A stretch of 64,000 bases of DNA from Alloascoidea hylecoeti. Taxonomy: Eukaryota. The stretch lies in the NCBI GenBank assembly GCA_001600815.1, contig BCKZ01000003.1:872581-936580 (forward strand), in the 5' to 3' direction. Every line of letters begins with the position of its first letter. Positions within the stretch are counted from its first letter, which is position 1. The notes beneath the pieces are model-generated. The model ran no database searches. It was not told where the DNA came from and saw nothing but the letters and a program-made list of their open reading frames with translations. Shown here piece by piece: positions 59,720 to 64,000 of the stretch. A program made the translations under genes and the position numbers.

Positions 59720-60901
59720 TTATACTAAATTATCCAAAAGGGCCTCAATAGCTCCTTGAACATTACCTCCGCTCCGTCTCAAAGCCAGCACGTTCCTGTC
59801 AAAATCAACAAACCCTAACTCGTTCAATTGTCTCAACTGTGACTCATATCGTTCTTCTGGTGGCCGGGTATCAGCTGGTGCTGCATTTTGTCCGGCCCCA
59901 CCTCCCATTGAGCTTAAGAACATATTCATTAGTTCAGGATTATATAGTGGGTTCGTTGCTGGTGCTGCTGTGTTTGCATTTGATCCTGCTGCTGGGAATC
60001 CTAAGAGAGAAAATGGATTCGCGGCTGCTCCTCCGGCTGCTGGTGCTCCAAATAGTCCTGCAAATGGATTGGCCGGTGCTGCTGCTGGCGCTCCTGTAGC
60101 TGGTGTATTAGTAGCTCCCGCTGTCGTATTGCTTGTTGTATCTGTATTCCCTGCTGATGTTGTAGTTGTTGTTGAACCTGGTGCAGGGAAAGATGGTGTA
60201 GCACCAGCACCTCCAAATCCACCCATCCCCATACTTCTTTGCATTTGCATCATATCTCTCATCATACTTGGATTTGAAACCATACTTCTAAACATATCAC
60301 TTTGCATCATTTGTCTAATTTGTGGTCCCATCCCACTCAATTGAGGATTTGAACTAATTAAATAATCCATCATTTGTGGATTATTAAGTAATTGTTGCAT
60401 ACCTTCTTGAAACATTGGTGAGTCCATCATTTGTGCCATTTGGTCTTCATTTGGCATGGCTCCCATACCACCATCAGGTCCAAACATACTAGCACTGGGG
60501 AGTTGTGCATGTCCAGCATATCTTGCACCAGTTAATCCAGCTAAAGGATTAAAAGCTCCTTGTCCAGCTGCAATATTAGAAGGAACTGCTGGTGTGGCGG
60601 CTGGAGTTGTTGCTGTTGTTGAAGATTGTTGACTTGAAGTGGCGGAACTTGATGATCTCGGAGCAGCACCTTTCACCAAATGAATAGTATGTCCACTTTT
60701 AATCCCATAAGATGCTAACGTTTCAGAATCTCTTAAAACTCGTCCTGAATAAATCAATCTTTGCCTTGCTGATGGAATATCAGATTCAGCTGCAATTAAG
60801 TCTTTTAATCCTGATACCGTGGTTGATGTAACCAACGTAAGATTATATTTTTTATCTGCCGATGATTTAATCGTAATGGAAATCTCTTCACTTTCCGACA
60901 T
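59720..60901 (-). CDS. DSK2: Ubiquilin Dsk2 (UBL-STI1-UBA)
   Basis: Start at ATG 60901 (MSESEEISITIKSS). UBL QRLIYSGRVLRD...GHTIHLVK, Met-rich STI1 repeats and UBA PPEERYESQLRQLNELGF. Confidence 0.95.
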   Translation of the reverse strand: MSESEEISITIKSSADKKYNLTLVTSTTVSGLKDLIAAESDIPSARQRLIYSGRVLRDSETLASYGIKSGHTIHLVKGAAPRSSSSATSSQQSSTTATTPAATPAVPSNIAAGQGAFNPLAGLTGARYAGHAQLPSASMFGPDGGMGAMPNEDQMAQMMDSPMFQEGMQQLLNNPQMMDYLISSNPQLSGMGPQIRQMMQSDMFRSMVSNPSMMRDMMQMQRSMGMGGFGGAGATPSFPAPGSTTTTTSAGNTDTTSNTTAGATNTPATGAPAAAPANPFAGLFGAPAAGGAAANPFSLLGFPAAGSNANTAAPATNPLYNPELMNMFLSSMGGGAGQNAAPADTRPPEERYESQLRQLNELGFVDFDRNVLALRRSGGNVQGAIEALLDNLV

Positions 60902-61385
60902 TTCTTTAATTGAGAATTGGTTGGTTGGGTGGCGTATTGATGGTTGATGGGTTTTCAATCTAGTCCAAGCCAAGCCGAGAACGTGGCAGAACTCCTTTGA
61001 AAAGCCGGGTAACATTCTATGAGTTTTCATTGTTTTGACTTTTCTATAAAACCATTAATTTTCATCTGTATGTTGGGTCCCAGTTGGTTTGAGCGAAGGA
61101 ATACTTCTTTATTAAATTTATATGCTTTTTTGTGATCCAGCTATTTTTGCATTCTTACATCATATTCCAAGATTAAAACAAGCGCTTATTAAGTGAATCT
61201 TCATAAAATATTTACGTAGGGGCTTGAACGTAGAAGTTTCAATGAAAATAATGTATGACTGATCTGCCGTTCTCAATCTAAATAGACAGCAACATTTCTG
61301 ATACAATGTTTTCCTTCTTCAATTCAATGTGTTGAAGATTGAAAGTTCGATTTTTTTGTTTTCACAAATTCACACACAAAGTCTC

Positions 61386-62796
61386 CCAGCTCACCTAAAA
61401 TTGTTACATTTCAACTACAAATTGCAAAACCAACAACGAACATAAATTATTACAAATAGTATTGCCAAAATAAACTTAATCTCATAATTCTGATAATATA
61501 TGTTTACTTTTGTAAGTCTTGTTGTGGTCCTCTACGATTTAGTGTAATCTCAACCCGCAATTTCAAGCATGCCTCTATGTTAAAATGGGGCACATCACTG
61601 AACAACTAGGTATTAGGGAAATCAAAAAATATATAATCCCTTGCATTTGTATTCAATGTGCATTGTGTTTCGACATAAGTTGCCACATACAGATGAATGC
61701 ATATATATTCTTGTTGAAATGTTTCCATATATAGTAATATGTACAGTTGTATACGTATTAAAGGAGACTGACTCGCAGGCAAAAAGGGAGACCGGTCGTT
61801 TATTTTCAGTGACGTGCACCATAGAATGGTCTGATATCCCTTTGATGCAAACACTACAGTTGCCCAAAGTGCTAAAAAAGTTGCAGCTCTACAGTTCTTC
61901 CTCTTTTTATAACCACCGAATCATCACCATTAAATGGCACGTACAAGGAGTAAAACGAGTCTAAAGACTGAGAAGGAAAGTAAGAGATACCTCATACTCT
62001 CTGTCGTTGCATACAAAAGAAGAAACAAGCACATACGCTAAAGTTGCGAAAAAATTTAGAATTCCAAAAAGTATCCTTCAAGCTCCCCTCCACGGTAGAT
62101 TATTACGAGAAGACTCTCACCGAAAAGATAGAGTTCTCTCTACTTTTGGGGAGAAGTAGCTGGTTCGTAGACCATTGGAGTTCTCTAAAAATGGTTGTGC
62201 TGCCAATCTAACGCGGTTTCATGAGCTGGCTGATGAGATAATTGTGCAGCGTGTGGAAAACGATCCATCTCATATATTACCAAAAAAGAACTCGATAAAG
62301 GTGCATTATTGTTCCAAATCTTATCATACAGTGTTCATTAAAAGAAATCCCTTGCTCCCTTATAAAAAAAAGAAGTTCGCTGAGACTTTAAGAAGAGTTA
62401 AAATTAACGAAATAAATTGAGGAAAAATTCGTTCCACATGAAGATTTCTCTGGAGAATTGAAATCTCCAGAGTTTGTTAATAAAATTTACGAAGTGTGGT
62501 TGAAGAAACATATCGTATATCTAATGATGAATTACGCGTTTGGGAAAATCACTTCCAGGGGATGAAGCAAATTTTATTATCTCATATTTCCATTGAAGTG
62601 TTCGAAGATCCCCTATAAACTATTCGAAATGGAATTTATACTTCTAAGAGGGGAACGGCACTAATTGTAAACAATTCTTGGGAGATAGCAAAGAAAGATG
62701 GGTGTTAAAGATGGGTTTAATTAGTTTCTAATTATGTATATCTGTTGCTGGTTTCGCAATTCGTCGTTGAAATGTAACAATTTGGAGGTAAGCTGG
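61386..62796 (+). mobile_element. pogo/Fot1-like (Tc1/mariner superfamily) DNA transposon, internally deleted and non-autonomous, ~52-bp TIRs
   Basis: Left TIR CCAGCTCACCTAAAATTGTTACATTTCAACTACAAATTGCAAAACCAACAAC (61386-61437) matches the reverse complement of 62744-62796, and TA flanks the right end. A broken transposase N-terminus at 61934-62420 reads YAKVAKKFRIPKSILQ (HTH_psq-like) and LS..GEK*LV...FIKRNP (HTH_Tc5-like). Confidence 0.85.
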
Positions 62797-63398
62797 TACC
62801 CTTTTTGACTGTTATCATATAGCTACACCAAATACCATCTTTTGTTCCTGATAATATTTTATTATAAACTATTTAATCTATAACTACTTATTATAATTGT
62901 TAATATTAATGTAAATATTTATTTATTTATATCATCAAACTTGTGAGCACTAAAATGTCTATTTATATTTAAATTTGAACTATATCTGTTGTTTCCCCTA
63001 CTTACAAATCGAATCGTCGACCACTTCGTCTTCCTCAAGAGTTTCAAAGCTCAGATCTCACTCATCATTGATAATTGTTGCTTCGTTATTGAGAACCCTC
63101 TTTCTTCTGTTCGTGTGGTAAGACCTCAATTACATTTTCTTCCAACGTTTGTCTCAATTTCACAATCATTGAGAATGTGTTTCTCTGTTTCTATTCCTGG
63201 TTGCAAATGCATAGTATGCATTTATTCAATGAGTTATTCGAATCTTTATTTGATTGAAATTCCCAGTGATGTGAATAATTTAACAACCAAAATTATGAAA
63301 ATAAAAAAGACCTAACACTAAGCAAAAATTCCTATTACTAATGTCATAGGCTCACTCTTTTTTCCCAAAATATTAAGAACTAAAAATAGAAAAATAAA

Positions 63399-63469
63399 TG
63401 CGTCAGCCCGGAGTCGAACCGGGGGCTCTTCGATGGCAACGAAGAATTTTACCGCTAAACCACTAACGC
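63399..63469 (-). tRNA. tRNA-Gly (anticodon GCC), intronless
   Basis: GCGTTAGTGGTTTAGCGGTAAAATTCTTCGTTGCCATCGAAGAGCCCCCGGTTCGACTCCGGGCTGACGCA folds as a cloverleaf with A/B boxes and is followed by a T-rich Pol III terminator. Confidence 0.97.
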
Positions 63470-64000
63470 TTTCATGTTGTCTGTGAAGGAACCCACATTA
63501 TAGCCACTATCAGGTATTACTTATTGAGTCTATCCCTGAAATATATTCTACAGCTCTTGAATTAGCTAGTTCAGAGATAGATATTGCATTCTACCACACA
63601 TGTAATACCTTAACATATTTATCACTTCTAGGACTTGTTCTATTAATAGCTTTTGGATTTATCTATATAAACGTAGGATAAAGCCCACTCTAATGGGAGG
63701 TTAGCTTTAATACATTTTCCTGTTTAGATCTTGATCGTCGTCTGTATCTGATTCCGCCATTTAAATCTATTGTAAGCTATTAAGTCATTAGTAGCTTACT
63801 TTACATTATCTCCGAAAGCGGTAACATTTAAATAAATTAAGGAAATCCTTTTCGGAACCAGTCAGTTGAGAACTTTATAATATCATGAAAAAACTAAGAA
63901 TCTCGCACTGAACTACATATTGCAATGAATATATCCTTAAATTTTTATAAGACAATTAATTATCTAATTTACGTGAATTTGAATAATGTAAAAATAGATA

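Noticed and set aside
62989..63315. 108-aa plus ORF and an acidic minus-strand frame with stops near the tRNA
   Set aside because: Non-ATG start and no recognisable homology; at most an unidentifiable relic.
1..64000. CRISPR arrays, rRNA, prokaryotic operons or a secondary-metabolite cluster
   Set aside because: No spaced direct repeats or rRNA motifs were seen; the genes are unrelated eukaryotic housekeeping functions.

Overview
AT-rich eukaryotic DNA from a budding-yeast-like ascomycete, inferred to be an early-diverging Saccharomycotina because it has an ADAM protease, a CreA-like Mig1 and short introns with relaxed splice signals. I read 18 protein-coding genes: a partial CreA/Mig1, ADAM metalloprotease, pyruvate decarboxylase, a bHLH factor, FBP26-like (4 exons), VPS35, MRN1/Nrd1-like RRM protein, XRCC4/Lif1-like (2 exons), YCP4, DUF4246, LTV1, GUA1 (2 exons), ELG1 (3 exons), PNO1, an aspartic protease, VAN1 (2 exons), an N-terminally truncated FCP1-like gene and DSK2. 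There is also one orphan ORF and a tRNA-Gly(GCC). The long intergenic regions hold unannotated relics: a Ty1/copia RT-RNaseH relic behind PDC, a TIR-bounded pogo/Fot1-like element, further TE fragments, a partial DUF4246 duplicate and an intron-containing Myb-like pseudogene. The most striking structure is a tandem duplication of an exon+intron unit inside ELG1 that creates a symmetric, potentially skippable 219-nt exon. I found no convincing novel multi-gene system. All family assignments come from motif recognition by eye, not from database searches.
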